In this document: positions 54,462 to 64,000 of the stretch, in pieces
Position numbering within the stretch: the stretch's first letter is position 1
Layout: each line of letters opens with the position of its first letter
Assembly: GCA_963782055.1 (NCBI GenBank)
Contig: CAWAIF010000003.1
Coordinates: forward strand, 4,224,001 to 4,288,000
DNA from: an uncultured delta proteobacterium
GTDB lineage: Bacteria; Myxococcota_A; Polyangia; Polyangiales; Polyangiaceae
Reading direction: 5' to 3'
DNA length: 64,000 nucleotides
The notes under the pieces: model-generated
Databases searched by the model: none
The model's input: the letters and a program-made list of their open reading frames with translations, nothing else
Told to the model about the DNA's origin: nothing
Program-made: the position numbers and the translations under genes

Positions 54462-55799
54462 ATGCGCCGCGCACTCGCCGCTCCGATCCTCCTGCTCTTC
54501 CTCTTCGCGCTCGCCTGTGACAGGCGCAGTGCCCCGGCGCACGGGGCGCCCGCCGCACCGGATGCCTCCGCCTCGACGGGCGCCGCTCCGACGACCTCCC
54601 CGTCGACGTCGGCGTCCACCGCGGCCAGCTCGCGACCCGCCGTGCCGATGCCGCCGCCGAGCGAGACGGCGCCGCTCGCGAAGGCGAGCAACGCCTTCGC
54701 CTTCGCGCTCTACGATCAGGTCCGGTCGCGGCAGGGCAACCTCGCCATGTCGCCCGCGAGCGTCTCGTGCGCGGTGGCGATGAGCTACGGCGGGGCGCGC
54801 GGGGAGACGGCCGCCGAGATCCGCAAGGCGCTCCGCTTCACCGGCGACCCTGCCGCCGTGATGAGCAGCTGGGGCAAGCTCGCGCGCGCGCTCTCCAGCG
54901 CCGGCCGTCCGGTGACGTCGACCATCGCCAGTCGCCTCTTCGGCGAGGCGTCCTTCCACTTCGAGGAGGCGTACCTCGATCGGACGCGCGTCGCGTTCGG
55001 CTCCGAGCTCGAACGGGTGGACCTCGCGCACGCGCCGGAGCGGGCGCGCGCGCACATCAACGGCTGGGTCGACGGACAGACTCACGGCCGGATCAAGGAC
55101 CTCATCCCCGCGCGCGCCCTGACGCCCCAGACCCGGCTCGTGCTGGTCAATGCGTTCTACTTCCTCGCGAGGTGGGCCCATCCGTTCGACGGAGGCGCGA
55201 CGCGCGACGAGCCCTTCACCCTCGCGACGAGCGCGAAGAAGAAGACCCCGATGATGCACGAGCGCACCACCGTGTCGTACGCGAAGGTGCCCGGCGCGGC
55301 GCTCGTCGCGCTCCCCTACCAGGACGACGTCGCGTCGCTGCTCATCGTCCTGCCGGACCAGGTGGGCGGGATCGCGTCGCTCGAGGGCTCGCTCGCGACC
55401 AACCTGGAGGGCTGGCGCGCCAGGATGACGTCGCAGCTCGTGGACGTGACGCTGCCCCGCTTCGAGATGAATCCGGACACGCTGGCGCTCGCACCCGTCC
55501 TCCGTGCGCTCGGCATGCGCACCGCCTTCGACCGCGCGAAGGCCGACTTCACCGGCATCGCGAACCCGCCCGATCCGAAGGAGCGCCTCGCGATCGACGC
55601 CATCTTCCACAAGGCGTTCGTGAAGGTGGACGAGGTGGGCACCGAGGCCGCCGCGGCGACGGGGCTGTTGATGGCGCCCGCCGGCATCGGCGTCGCGCCG
55701 AAGCCGGTGAAGTTCGTCGCGGACCATCCGTTCTTCTTCGCGATCGTCGATCACGCGACGGGGTTGATCCTGCTCGACGGGCGCCTCGCCGAGCCCTGA
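54462..55799 (+). CDS. Serpin (lipoprotein)
   Basis: Lipobox ALAC, SPASV, GARGETA, LVNAFYF..W, VDEVGTEAAAAT hinge, FVADHPF. Confidence 0.92.
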   Translation: MRRALAAPILLLFLFALACDRRSAPAHGAPAAPDASASTGAAPTTSPSTSASTAASSRPAVPMPPPSETAPLAKASNAFAFALYDQVRSRQGNLAMSPASVSCAVAMSYGGARGETAAEIRKALRFTGDPAAVMSSWGKLARALSSAGRPVTSTIASRLFGEASFHFEEAYLDRTRVAFGSELERVDLAHAPERARAHINGWVDGQTHGRIKDLIPARALTPQTRLVLVNAFYFLARWAHPFDGGATRDEPFTLATSAKKKTPMMHERTTVSYAKVPGAALVALPYQDDVASLLIVLPDQVGGIASLEGSLATNLEGWRARMTSQLVDVTLPRFEMNPDTLALAPVLRALGMRTAFDRAKADFTGIANPPDPKERLAIDAIFHKAFVKVDEVGTEAAAATGLLMAPAGIGVAPKPVKFVADHPFFFAIVDHATGLILLDGRLAEP

Positions 55800-55840
55800 T
55801 CGGCGGCGCAGGCCGGGCGCGCCGCGCGTATCCTGACCCG

Positions 55841-57697
55841 GTGAGCGGCATGGACCTCGTCAGCGCCTGGGCGCTCCTCCTGCTCGCGCTGATCGTGCTG
55901 GTTCGCGGGGCGCGCGGCGCGGGCTGGGCGCGCTGGGCGCTCGGCGCCGGGGTCCTCGCCGTCGTCGCCGGGGCCTTCGCCGTCCGCCCGCGGGCGCGGC
56001 CGGCGCGCGCGGATCCGGACACGCCGGCGCGCACGACACCGGGGGAGTACGTCTCGTCGGCGGCGTGCCGGAGCTGCCATCCGTCGGAGTACGCGAGCTG
56101 GCACCGCAGCTTCCACCGCACCATGACGCAGGAGCCCGGTCCGGCGATGGTGGGAGCGCCCGTCTTCGGCAGCGACGCCCCCGCCGGTGCGCCCGCGCGG
56201 CTGGAGGCGCGCGACGGCGCGGTGTGGGCGACCTACGAGGACCCGGACGCGACGCCGGGGCTCGCGGCCGAGGCGGGCGGGAGCGCGCCGCGCATCACCC
56301 GCCGGGTGGTGCTCGCCACCGGCTCCCACCACTACCAGGGCTACTGGACCAGCGGCCCGCGCCCCGGGGAGCTCGCGATGCTTCCGTGGGTTTACCTCGT
56401 CGCGGAGGAGCGCTGGATCCTCCGGCGCGACGCGTTCGTGCAGCCGCCGGACGCGCCGCAGCACGACGTGCACTGGAGCTCCAACTGCATCCAGTGCCAC
56501 GCCACCGCCGGCCGCCCCGGCTACGATCCCGACGGCGCCCCCGGCTCCCCCGTCCGCAGCGAGGTCGTCGAGCTCGGGATCGCGTGCGAGGCGTGCCACG
56601 GCCCCGGCGGCGCGCACGTGCGCAAGCACCGCAGCCCGCTCGAGCGCTACGAGGCGCGCGGCCTGCCTGACCCATCCATCGTCGACCCCGCGCGCCTCTC
56701 GCCGGCGAAGGCCTCCGCCCTCTGCGGGCAGTGCCACGCCTACGCGTACCCCAAGGACGAGGACGACTGGTGGCGCCGCGGCTACACGCGGAGCTTCCGC
56801 CCCGGCCAGAGGCTGGACGCCTCGCGCACGGTGCTCTCTCTCGACGACCTGGACCGCCCCGGCGCGCCGTGGCTGGACGCCAGCGCCCGCAGCATCTTCT
56901 GGTCGGACGGCGCCATCCGGGTCGGCGGCCGCGAGTACAACGCCCTCACGGCGTCGCGGTGCTTCGCCGGAGGCCACGGCGATCGCAAGCTCTCCTGCCT
57001 CTCCTGCCACTCGATGCACGATCACGAGCGCGGGCGCGTCGACCCGGTGCATCAGGTCACGCCGGGCAAGGACGGCGACGGCGCCTGCGCCGGGTGCCAC
57101 GCCGACGTCGTGGCGAGGGGCGAGGCGCACACCCACCACGCGCCCGGGTCCGCCGGCGCCGCGTGCATGGGCTGCCACATGCCGCGGACCACCTACGCGT
57201 TGCTCGGGGCGATGCGCTCGCACCGCATCGACAGCCCGAGCGTGGCGGTCGCCCTCGCCACGGGCCGACCCACCGCGTGCAACCTCTGCCACGTCGACCG
57301 CACCCTCGCGTGGACGGAGGACCGCCTGGCCGCGTGGTACGGCCAGCCGCGGCACACGCTCGACGCGCGCGACAGGACGGTGTCCGCCACGGTCCGCGCC
57401 GCGCTCCAGGGCGACGCCGCGCAGCGCGCCATCGCCGCCTTCGCGCTCGGCACCCCCGAGGCCCGCGCGGCCTCCGGCGGCGCGTGGGAGGCGCCGGTCC
57501 TGGCGGCCCTGACCTCCGACCCCTACGCCGCGGTACGCGCGGTCGCCGCTCGCAGCGCGCGCGCCCTCGCCGGCGCGGGCGGCGCCCCGCACGATCCGGC
57601 CGCCGTGCTCGAGGGGGCGGGCGGAGCCCCCGATCCGGCGGCGCTGCACGCAATCCTTGTCGACCGCGACGATCGCGCGGTTACCATCTCGGAGTGA
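55841..57697 (+). CDS. Membrane-anchored multiheme (8 x CxxCH) cytochrome c with C-terminal HEAT-like segment
   Basis: CRSCH, CIQCH, CEACH, CGQCH, CLSCH, CAGCH, CMGCH, CNLCH. Start at GTG 55841 or ATG 55850. Confidence 0.88.
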   Translation: MSGMDLVSAWALLLLALIVLVRGARGAGWARWALGAGVLAVVAGAFAVRPRARPARADPDTPARTTPGEYVSSAACRSCHPSEYASWHRSFHRTMTQEPGPAMVGAPVFGSDAPAGAPARLEARDGAVWATYEDPDATPGLAAEAGGSAPRITRRVVLATGSHHYQGYWTSGPRPGELAMLPWVYLVAEERWILRRDAFVQPPDAPQHDVHWSSNCIQCHATAGRPGYDPDGAPGSPVRSEVVELGIACEACHGPGGAHVRKHRSPLERYEARGLPDPSIVDPARLSPAKASALCGQCHAYAYPKDEDDWWRRGYTRSFRPGQRLDASRTVLSLDDLDRPGAPWLDASARSIFWSDGAIRVGGREYNALTASRCFAGGHGDRKLSCLSCHSMHDHERGRVDPVHQVTPGKDGDGACAGCHADVVARGEAHTHHAPGSAGAACMGCHMPRTTYALLGAMRSHRIDSPSVAVALATGRPTACNLCHVDRTLAWTEDRLAAWYGQPRHTLDARDRTVSATVRAALQGDAAQRAIAAFALGTPEARAASGGAWEAPVLAALTSDPYAAVRAVAARSARALAGAGGAPHDPAAVLEGAGGAPDPAALHAILVDRDDRAVTISE

Positions 57698-58122
57698 CGC
57701 GAGAGGACACCGACGACGCCGCGCGGGTCGCCACCCGCCACCTGCGCGCGGGCTTCGGCGGCCTGCTGGTGTTCCTGCTGCTGGGGGCGGTGCTGGAGGG
57801 CCTCTTCGCCTTCAAGGTGGGCGGCTACCTGGACGCCGGCAACGAGACGCGGCGGCTGTTGCTGCGGCTCGCCCACGCCCACGGCACCCTGGTGGCGATC
57901 GTCAACGTGCTCTTCGCGCTGGTCGCCGGGAGGGTGCCGGGGCGCGCCCGGCGGCTCGCCTCCGGATCGCTGCTCGCCGCGCTGGTGCTGCTCCCGGGCG
58001 GCTTCTTCTTCGGAGGCCTCTTCGTCCACGGGGGCGATCCCGGCATGGCGGCGGCCCTGGCGCCTGCAGGTGCTCTGGCCCTTGCGGTGGGCATCGGCGC
58101 CGTCGCCGCCCGGGTGCGCTGA
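57694..58122 (+). CDS. Small multi-TM membrane protein
   Basis: About 4 hydrophobic helices, RLAHAHGTL. GTGA overlap with the cytochrome gene. Confidence 0.72.
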   Translation: MTREDTDDAARVATRHLRAGFGGLLVFLLLGAVLEGLFAFKVGGYLDAGNETRRLLLRLAHAHGTLVAIVNVLFALVAGRVPGRARRLASGSLLAALVLLPGGFFFGGLFVHGGDPGMAAALAPAGALALAVGIGAVAARVR

Positions 58123-58152
58123 CCGCAAGCAAGCTGACGATCGGGCGATTGG

Positions 58153-59118
58153 TCAGGGGGCCTTCTCGGCCACGAACAGGTCCAGCTGCCCGTTCCTGTT
58201 GGATTCCATGTAGAGCCGACAGCCGTCGGCGGAGAGCCAGTTGGCCCGCTCGTCGCTCGCGCTGTTGAGTTCCATCGCGTTGGACAGCGGACCGAAGGCC
58301 TCCGCGGTGGAGTCCCGGTGGGCGAGGAAGATGTCCGCCTTGCCCGCCGATGCCAGGTCGGTCCGGCGGGAGCTCACGTAGGCCCACAGCCCGTCGCTGG
58401 AGATGACGACGCCGTCGTCATCCTCCGGCGAGGAGAGGTCGGGCACCGGCATGGGAGCCCCCAGGCCCGCGTCTCCCGCACCCGCCCGCCAGACGCTCAG
58501 CGATCCGCCGCGGGCGGAGACGAAGTACAGGCTCCCGTCCGCGGCGGGGAAGGGCGCGACGTCGGTCGTCGGCGACTGCAGCAGTGCGGGGAGCTGGAAG
58601 CCGGTGCCGAAGGCGTCGCCGGGCGCCTGCCGTGTCGCCTCGAACAGGTCGTAGCCGGAGCCCCCGCCGGAGCCGGAGAAGTACAGGACGAGGCCGTCGC
58701 CAGTGACGCCGGGGTCCACCGGGTGGTTCGGGTCGACGCCCTGCTCCAGGGTCGGCGTGCCGAAGGCGTCGGTGCGGCTCGCACGCACCGCGTGCATGAC
58801 GTGAGCGGCGCTGCCGGCGTCGCCGGCCGGCACGGTGGTGCCGTACCACAGCTCCAGCTCGTCCGTGGTGAGCGACTGCTTGAACTCGTCGTGGACGTCG
58901 TTCAGCTCGGCCATGGGGACGAGCGACGTGAAGGGCTTCGCCGGATCGCACGCGAGGGTGGAGGAGGCCTCCGGCGCCGCATCGCCTCCCCCACTGTCGC
59001 CCCCAACGCCGCCCCCATCCTGCGGGCCCAGGCCATCGAGCGAGACCAGCAGCGAGCAGCCCGCCACGGCGACGGCGAGGCCGACCAGGGCGAAGAATGG
59101 TCCGACGGAACGCCGCAC
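58153..59118 (-). CDS. PD40/WD40-like beta-propeller lipoprotein
   Basis: Lipobox VAGC; repeats DGLVLYFS, DGSLYFVS, DGLWAYVSS, DGCRLYMESNR. Confidence 0.78.
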   Translation of the reverse strand: MRRSVGPFFALVGLAVAVAGCSLLVSLDGLGPQDGGGVGGDSGGGDAAPEASSTLACDPAKPFTSLVPMAELNDVHDEFKQSLTTDELELWYGTTVPAGDAGSAAHVMHAVRASRTDAFGTPTLEQGVDPNHPVDPGVTGDGLVLYFSGSGGGSGYDLFEATRQAPGDAFGTGFQLPALLQSPTTDVAPFPAADGSLYFVSARGGSLSVWRAGAGDAGLGAPMPVPDLSSPEDDDGVVISSDGLWAYVSSRRTDLASAGKADIFLAHRDSTAEAFGPLSNAMELNSASDERANWLSADGCRLYMESNRNGQLDLFVAEKAP

Positions 59119-59206
59119 GATGCCGCAGCATACCGCGACGCCCGCGGCGGCGTCACGGACGTGTGACCCGCCGCGTCGGCGCGTCGTGCGCTATGTTGAT
59201 GCTCGC

Positions 59207-62200
59207 GTGACGCTCGTCGGCGACCGGTTCGAAATCCTCTCCCTCGCCGGCACGGGCGGCATGGGCCGCGTGTTCCGTGCGCGCGACGCGCAGGGCGGGG
59301 CGCTCGTCGCGCTCAAGATGCTGCGCGAGGACGCCGAGCCCGACGCGCTCTCCCGCTTCGCGCGCGAGAGCGAGGCGCTCGCGCGGCTGGAGCACCCCGG
59401 CATCGTCCGCCACGTGGCCCACGGCAAGACGCGCCAGGGCGTGCCCTACCTGGCGATGGAGTGGGTGGAGGGCGAGGAGCTGCGCCTGCGGCTGAAGCGC
59501 GAGGGCTCGCTCGACCCCGATCAGGTCGTCGTGCTGGCGCGCAAGCTCTCGGAGGCGCTGGCGCACGCCCACGCGCGCGGGATCATGCACCGCGACGTCA
59601 AGCCGTCCAACGTCATCCTGCGCGGCGACGACCTGGCGACGGCGGTGCTCGTCGACTTCGGCCTGGCGCGCACCGGCACCGACGATTCTCACGCGCACCG
59701 GCATGCTCGTCGGCACCCCGACGTACATGGCGCCGGAGCAGGTGCGCGGCGACGGCATCACCCCCGCGGTGGACGTCTTCGCGCTCGGGTGCGTGATGTA
59801 CCAGACGCTCACCGGCGTCACGCCCTTCGCCGCCAACGGCACCACCGCCGTGCTGGCGCGCCTCCTCTTCGACGAGCACGTGCCGCTCGCGCGGCTGATG
59901 CCCATGTTGCCCGCCGCCCTCTCCGATCTCATCGGGGCGATGCTGGTCAAGGTCGTCGCCGCGCGCCCGTCGATGGCCGACGTCGCCGCAGCGCTGGACA
60001 GCCTGGGCGCGTCGGTGCCGGCGGTGCGCCTGCCCGAGCCGCCGCGGCTGAGCGCCGCCGAGCAGCGCGTGGTGAGCGTCATCCTGGCCGGCGCCGCCGA
60101 GGAGGCGGCACCCGACGAGGACGACACTCTGCGCCACGCCGGGGCCGATCTGGGGGACGCGGACGTCGCCCGCCTGCGCGCCATCGCCGCGCGCTTCGGC
60201 GCCGAGCTCACGCCGCTCCCCAACGGCGCGCTCGTCGCGGTGCTCACCACCAGGGACGCCGCGACCGATCTCGCCGCGCGCGCGGCGGAGTGCGCGCTGG
60301 AGCTCAAGCGCGAGCTCGCCACCACGCCCATCGGGCTGGCGACCGGGCGCGCGCAGACCGACGACGAGGGGGTGCCCATCGGCGAGGCGATCGACCGCGC
60401 GGCGGCGCTCGTCCCCTACCCGAGCGACGCGGTGCGCATCGACGAGGTCACCGCCGGCCTGCTGGGCACGCGCTTCGTGCGGCAGGCCGGGCCCGAGGGC
60501 ACGCTCCTCCGGCGACGCAGCGTCGGCTCCGACCCCGTGCGCACCCTGCTCGGCCGGCCGACGCCGTGCGTGGGCCGCGACGCCGAGCTGGCCACGCTGC
60601 AGGGCGTGGTGGCGCAATCGGCGAGCGAGTCGGTGGCGCGCGTCGTGCTGGTGACCGGCCCCGCGGGCACCGGCAAGTCGCGCATCCGCCAGGAGCTGAT
60701 GGTCCGCGCGCGCGCGGCCAGCGCCGACACCGCGCTCTGGATCGCCCGCGGCGACTCCGTCGGCGGCGGCGCCCCCTTCGGCATGCTCGCCCAGGTGATC
60801 CGGCGCGAGGCGGGCGTGCTGGAGGGCGAGTCGGCCGAGGAGAGCCGCGCCAAGCTGCTGGCGCGCACCGCCCGCGACCTGCCCGCCCAGGACGCCCGGC
60901 GCGTCGCCACCTTCCTCGGCGAGGTCATCGGCGCGCGCTTCGACGACGACGACGACGTGCAGCTCCGCGCCGCCCGCAACGACCCGCGGCTCATGGGCGA
61001 CCAGATGCAGCGCGCCTTCGTCGACTTCGTCGAGTCGGAGTGCCGGCAGCGCCCTGTCCTGCTCGTGCTGGAGGACCTGCAGTGGGGCGATCAGCCGACG
61101 GTCGCCGCCGTCGACGCGGCGCTGCGCGTGCTCGAGGAGTGCCCGTTCGCCGTCGTGGCGCTCGGCCGCCCGGAGGTGGCCGAGATCTTCCCCGACCTGT
61201 GGAGCCAGCGCGGGGTGCTTCCCCTCCCCCTCTCCCCCCTCCCCCGGCGCGCGGCGGCGCGGCTGGTGCGCGCGGTGCTGGACGATTCCACGCCGGACGA
61301 CGTGGTCGCCGGCCTCGTCGAGAAGGCTGCGGGCAACGTCTTCTTCCTGGAAGAGCTGCTGCGCGCGCAGGCGGAGGGCCACGGCGCGGAGGTGCCGCCG
61401 ACGGTCGTGGCGATGGTGCAGAGCCGCCTGGGCGCGCTGGAGCCGGAGGCGCGGCGGGTGCTCCGCGCGGCGAGCGTCGTGGGCGAGACCTTCTGGCGCG
61501 GGAGCGTGCGAGCGCTGCTCGGTGACGACGCCGGCGCCGCCGACCGCTGGCTGGACGAGCTGGTGCAGCGCGAGGTGCTCACGCGGCGCACGCGCAGCCG
61601 CGTCGCCCACGACGTGGAGTACGTCTTCCGCCACGCGCTGGTGCGCGAGGGCGCCTACGCCATGCTGACCGACGCCGACCGCTCCCTCGGCCACCGCCTC
61701 GCCGCCGAGTGGCTGGAGGCGGGCGGGCAGACCTCCGCGCTCGTCGTCGCCGCGCACTACGAGCGCGCCGGGGAGAGCGCGCGTGCGGCGGTCGCGTACC
61801 TGCGCGCCGCCGAGCAGGCGCTGGAGAGCAACGACCTCGCAGGCGCCATCGACCACGCCGAGCGCGGCGTCGCCCTGGGCGCCACCGGCGAGCTGCTCGG
61901 CTCGCTACGCAACGTGCAGGCGAACGCCCACCACTGGCGTGGCGAGACGGAGAAGATGCAGGCGGCCGCGGCGGAGACGGTGAACCTGCTCCCGCACGAC
62001 GACGCCCGCTGGGCCGAGGCGATGGGCCTGCTCGCCGTCGCCAAGCAGCGCCTCGGGCACTCGGAGGACCTGACCTCCGTCGCCGACAGCCTCTACCGCA
62101 TGCTCTCGGCGGCGCGGGGCAACCTCGCCCTGGCGCGCGCAGGCGGGCGCATCGCGTCGCTGCTCTTCTTCGCCGGCAAGCAGGAGCCCGCAGCGGCCAT

Positions 62201-63041
62201 GCTGGACGCCGCGGAGAAGGCCGCGCGCGGCGGGGGCGCCGACGTCGAGGCGCGCATCCACCAGGCGCGGGCCCCGCACGCGCGGCAGGCGGGGCGCCCG
62301 GCGGAGGCGCTGGCGCACGCGGAGGCGGCGGAGACGGCGTACCGGGTGGCGGGCGATCTGCGCAACGCCTGCCACATGACCGGCGTGCGCGGCTTCGCCC
62401 TCTCCGAGCTGGGCGCCTACCGCCGCGCGGAGACGGTGCTGCTGGAGGCCCTGGCCACCGCCGAGCGTCTGGGGCTCGCCACGGTCGCGGCCACCGCGCG
62501 CGCCAACCTCGCCGTGGTCTACCTGCACCTCGGCCGCCACCGCGAGGCGGAGGCGACAGTGCGCGCCGCCATCCAGGCCGTCGTGTCCAGCGACCGCCGG
62601 CACGAGGGGGCCTCGCGCGCGTACCTGGCGATGATCCTGCGCGACGCCGGCCGGCTCGACGAGGCGGAGCGCGAGGCGCGGCGGGGCCTGGTGCTGCTGG
62701 AGGCCGCGCTCGCCCTGCGGCCCCTCGCCGGCGCGGTGCTCGCGACGGTGCTGCTCGCCGGCGGCCGGGTGGAGGAGGCCCTCGCCGTCGCGCAGTCGGC
62801 GATGCGCGAGGCGGACGAGAGCGTCAACGTGGAGGAGGGCGACGCGCTGTTGCGGCTCACCCTCGCCCGCTCCCTCTTCGCGACCGGCCACCGGGACGAG
62901 GCGCGCTCGGTCATCCACGCCGCGCGCGACCGCCTCCTCGCCCGCGCCCGCACCATCACGCTGCCGGAGCTACGGCGGACGTTTCTGGGGAACGTGCCGG
63001 AGCACGCGAAGACGTTGGAGCTGGCGGTGGAGTGGGGGTGA
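59207..63041 (+). CDS. Ser/Thr kinase - AAA ATPase - TPR protein (frameshifted near 59687)
   Basis: Frame A has GTGGMG, VALK, HRDVKPSN and DFGLAR. Frame B has LTRTGMLVGTPTYMAPE, GPAGTGKS, LEDLQW and TPR-like helices. Confidence 0.88.
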
Positions 63042-63292
63042 TGGGGGGGCCCCCTCCCGGCGCCATGCTCGGGCTCGTGCTCGCCTGCGCGCAGGCCCAC
63101 GGTGAGGAGCGGGGGCAGCGCGGTGGGCCTGCACGCAGGCTTGCGCGCGAGCCCTGCGCGTGGCGCCCCTCCCCTCGATGTCGCGCTCGCGCGCGCCATC
63201 GGGGAGGCTGTTGTGCTGCACGGGGCGGACCTCTGCGCGGGGAACGAGGGGGACAGGCCCTCCCTCCGATTCTCCGAACGCGTGTGGGCGTC

Positions 63293-63433
63293 GCGAGGGG
63301 GCTTCGTGCGGTGCCACGCCAAGCCGGCGGAAGGATCGCGCCAGCCTTCCTGGTGCGCGTGCGGGATGCGTCACTGCGGCTGTCACGCTCCTTCCGCCAT
63401 GGGAGGGCATGGCACCGCACGAAGCCCCCTCGC
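63293..63433. repeat. 28-bp inverted repeat (27/28 match)
   Basis: GCGAGGGGGCTTCGTGCGGTGCCACGCC (63293-63320) versus GGCATGGCACCGCACGAAGCCCCCTCGC (63406-63433). Confidence 0.9.
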
Positions 63434-63776
63434 TCTTTCTCCTTCACACGTATGCGCGCTCGATGCGCCGGCAGGGCACGCGGTCGGAGCAGATGATGTG
63501 GCTGGCGCTCAAGGGGCGGCGGCTTTGCGGGGTGAAGTTCAGGCGGCAGCACGTGCTGGGGGGCAGCTACATCGTGGACTTCGTGGCGCTGAGCGAGCGG
63601 CTGGTGGTGGAGGTGGACGGGGGGTGCACCGGGAGCCGGAGCGGGCGGCGGCGGATGCGGCGCGGCAGCGGGTGCTGGAGAAGCTCGGGTACCGGGTGCT
63701 GCGGGTGGCGGCGGAGCTCGTCGAGCGGGACGTGGGCGCCGCGCTCGCACGGGTGCGCGCGGCGCTCGGACGGTGA
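63409..63776 (+). pseudogene. DUF559 / Vsr-like endonuclease, frameshifted in a G-run
   Basis: ARSMRRQGTRSEQMMWLALK..KFRRQHVL..YIVDF..LVVEVDGG continues in another frame as VHREPER..DAARQRVLEKLGYRVLR. One G is missing at 63619-63624. Confidence 0.8.
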
Positions 63777-63802
63777 GCGGGGCGGCGGCTGGCCGAGGGG
63801 GC

Positions 63803-63839
63803 CCGCCAATATTGGCGGCTCACGCCGCCAATATTGGCG
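63803..63839. repeat. Tandem palindromes CGCCAATATTGGCG x2
   Basis: Perfect palindromes at 63803-63818 and 63826-63839, 22-bp period. Confidence 0.85.
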
Positions 63840-64000
63840 AGAAGCGGACCTGACGTTGGTGTGGTCCTCGGCTTCCTTCCGGTGTGGGTGCTGGGCGTGG
63901 TGGACTTCCACGGCAGCCGGCTCATGGCGCTCGAGGTGCTGGCGCGGCCGAGCGCGGCGAAGGTGACCGGCGCGATGGCGCGCGCGTTCGACGCGCACCG
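63835..64000 (+). mobile_element. Fragment of an rve/DDE integrase-core transposase (frameshifted, runs off the window)
   Basis: W-R-E-A-D-L-T-L-V-W, then after a 1-nt shift at about 63864 VLGFLPVWVLGVVDFHGSRLMALEVLARPSAAKVTGAMARAFDAH. This matches the WxxDxT..vvDxxSR pattern. Confidence 0.55.

Noticed and set aside
55841..57697. NrfA nitrite reductase
   Set aside because: No CxxCK motif, and the heme count and architecture differ.
63619..63624. Programmed frameshift or phase variation in DUF559
   Set aside because: A 6-G run is short and is a typical consensus error site. It cannot be distinguished from error without reads.

Overview
Very GC-rich bacterial DNA. The gene content (Hanks Ser/Thr kinases, caspase-like and serpin lipoproteins, many Cys-rich lipoproteins, sigma-54 promoters) suggests a myxobacterium of the Polyangiaceae/Sorangium type; this is an inference. 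About 50 CDSs are supported. They include central metabolism (ndh-2, tkt, zwf, gnd, xfp, fumC, aceK), the AmmeMemoRadiSam trio, PuuD, an ACE-like peptidase and an octaheme cytochrome. A frameshifted DUF559 gene and an rve integrase fragment sit at the right edge. Two systems stand out. (1) A tightly coupled six-gene minus-strand operon (Zn-dehydrogenase, AsnB-like amidotransferase, methyltransferase, Fe-dioxygenase-like protein, NRPS-like A-T-R reductase, NadR) sits behind a 21-bp GT-N7-AC palindrome resembling an NrtR operator. It is a candidate undescribed NAD-linked biosynthetic pathway. (2) A Cyc2-like cytochrome-porin behind a sigma-54-type promoter is followed by two blue-copper lipoproteins, a candidate extracellular electron-uptake/Fe(II)-oxidation module. 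Also seen: four sigma-54 motifs, a Fur-like box, recurrent TANNNT motifs just upstream of start codons (leaderless-type), several hairpin repeats and four single-base frameshifts that may be sequencing errors. No rRNA, tRNA or CRISPR array was recognised. All calls come from motif reading, with no database search.
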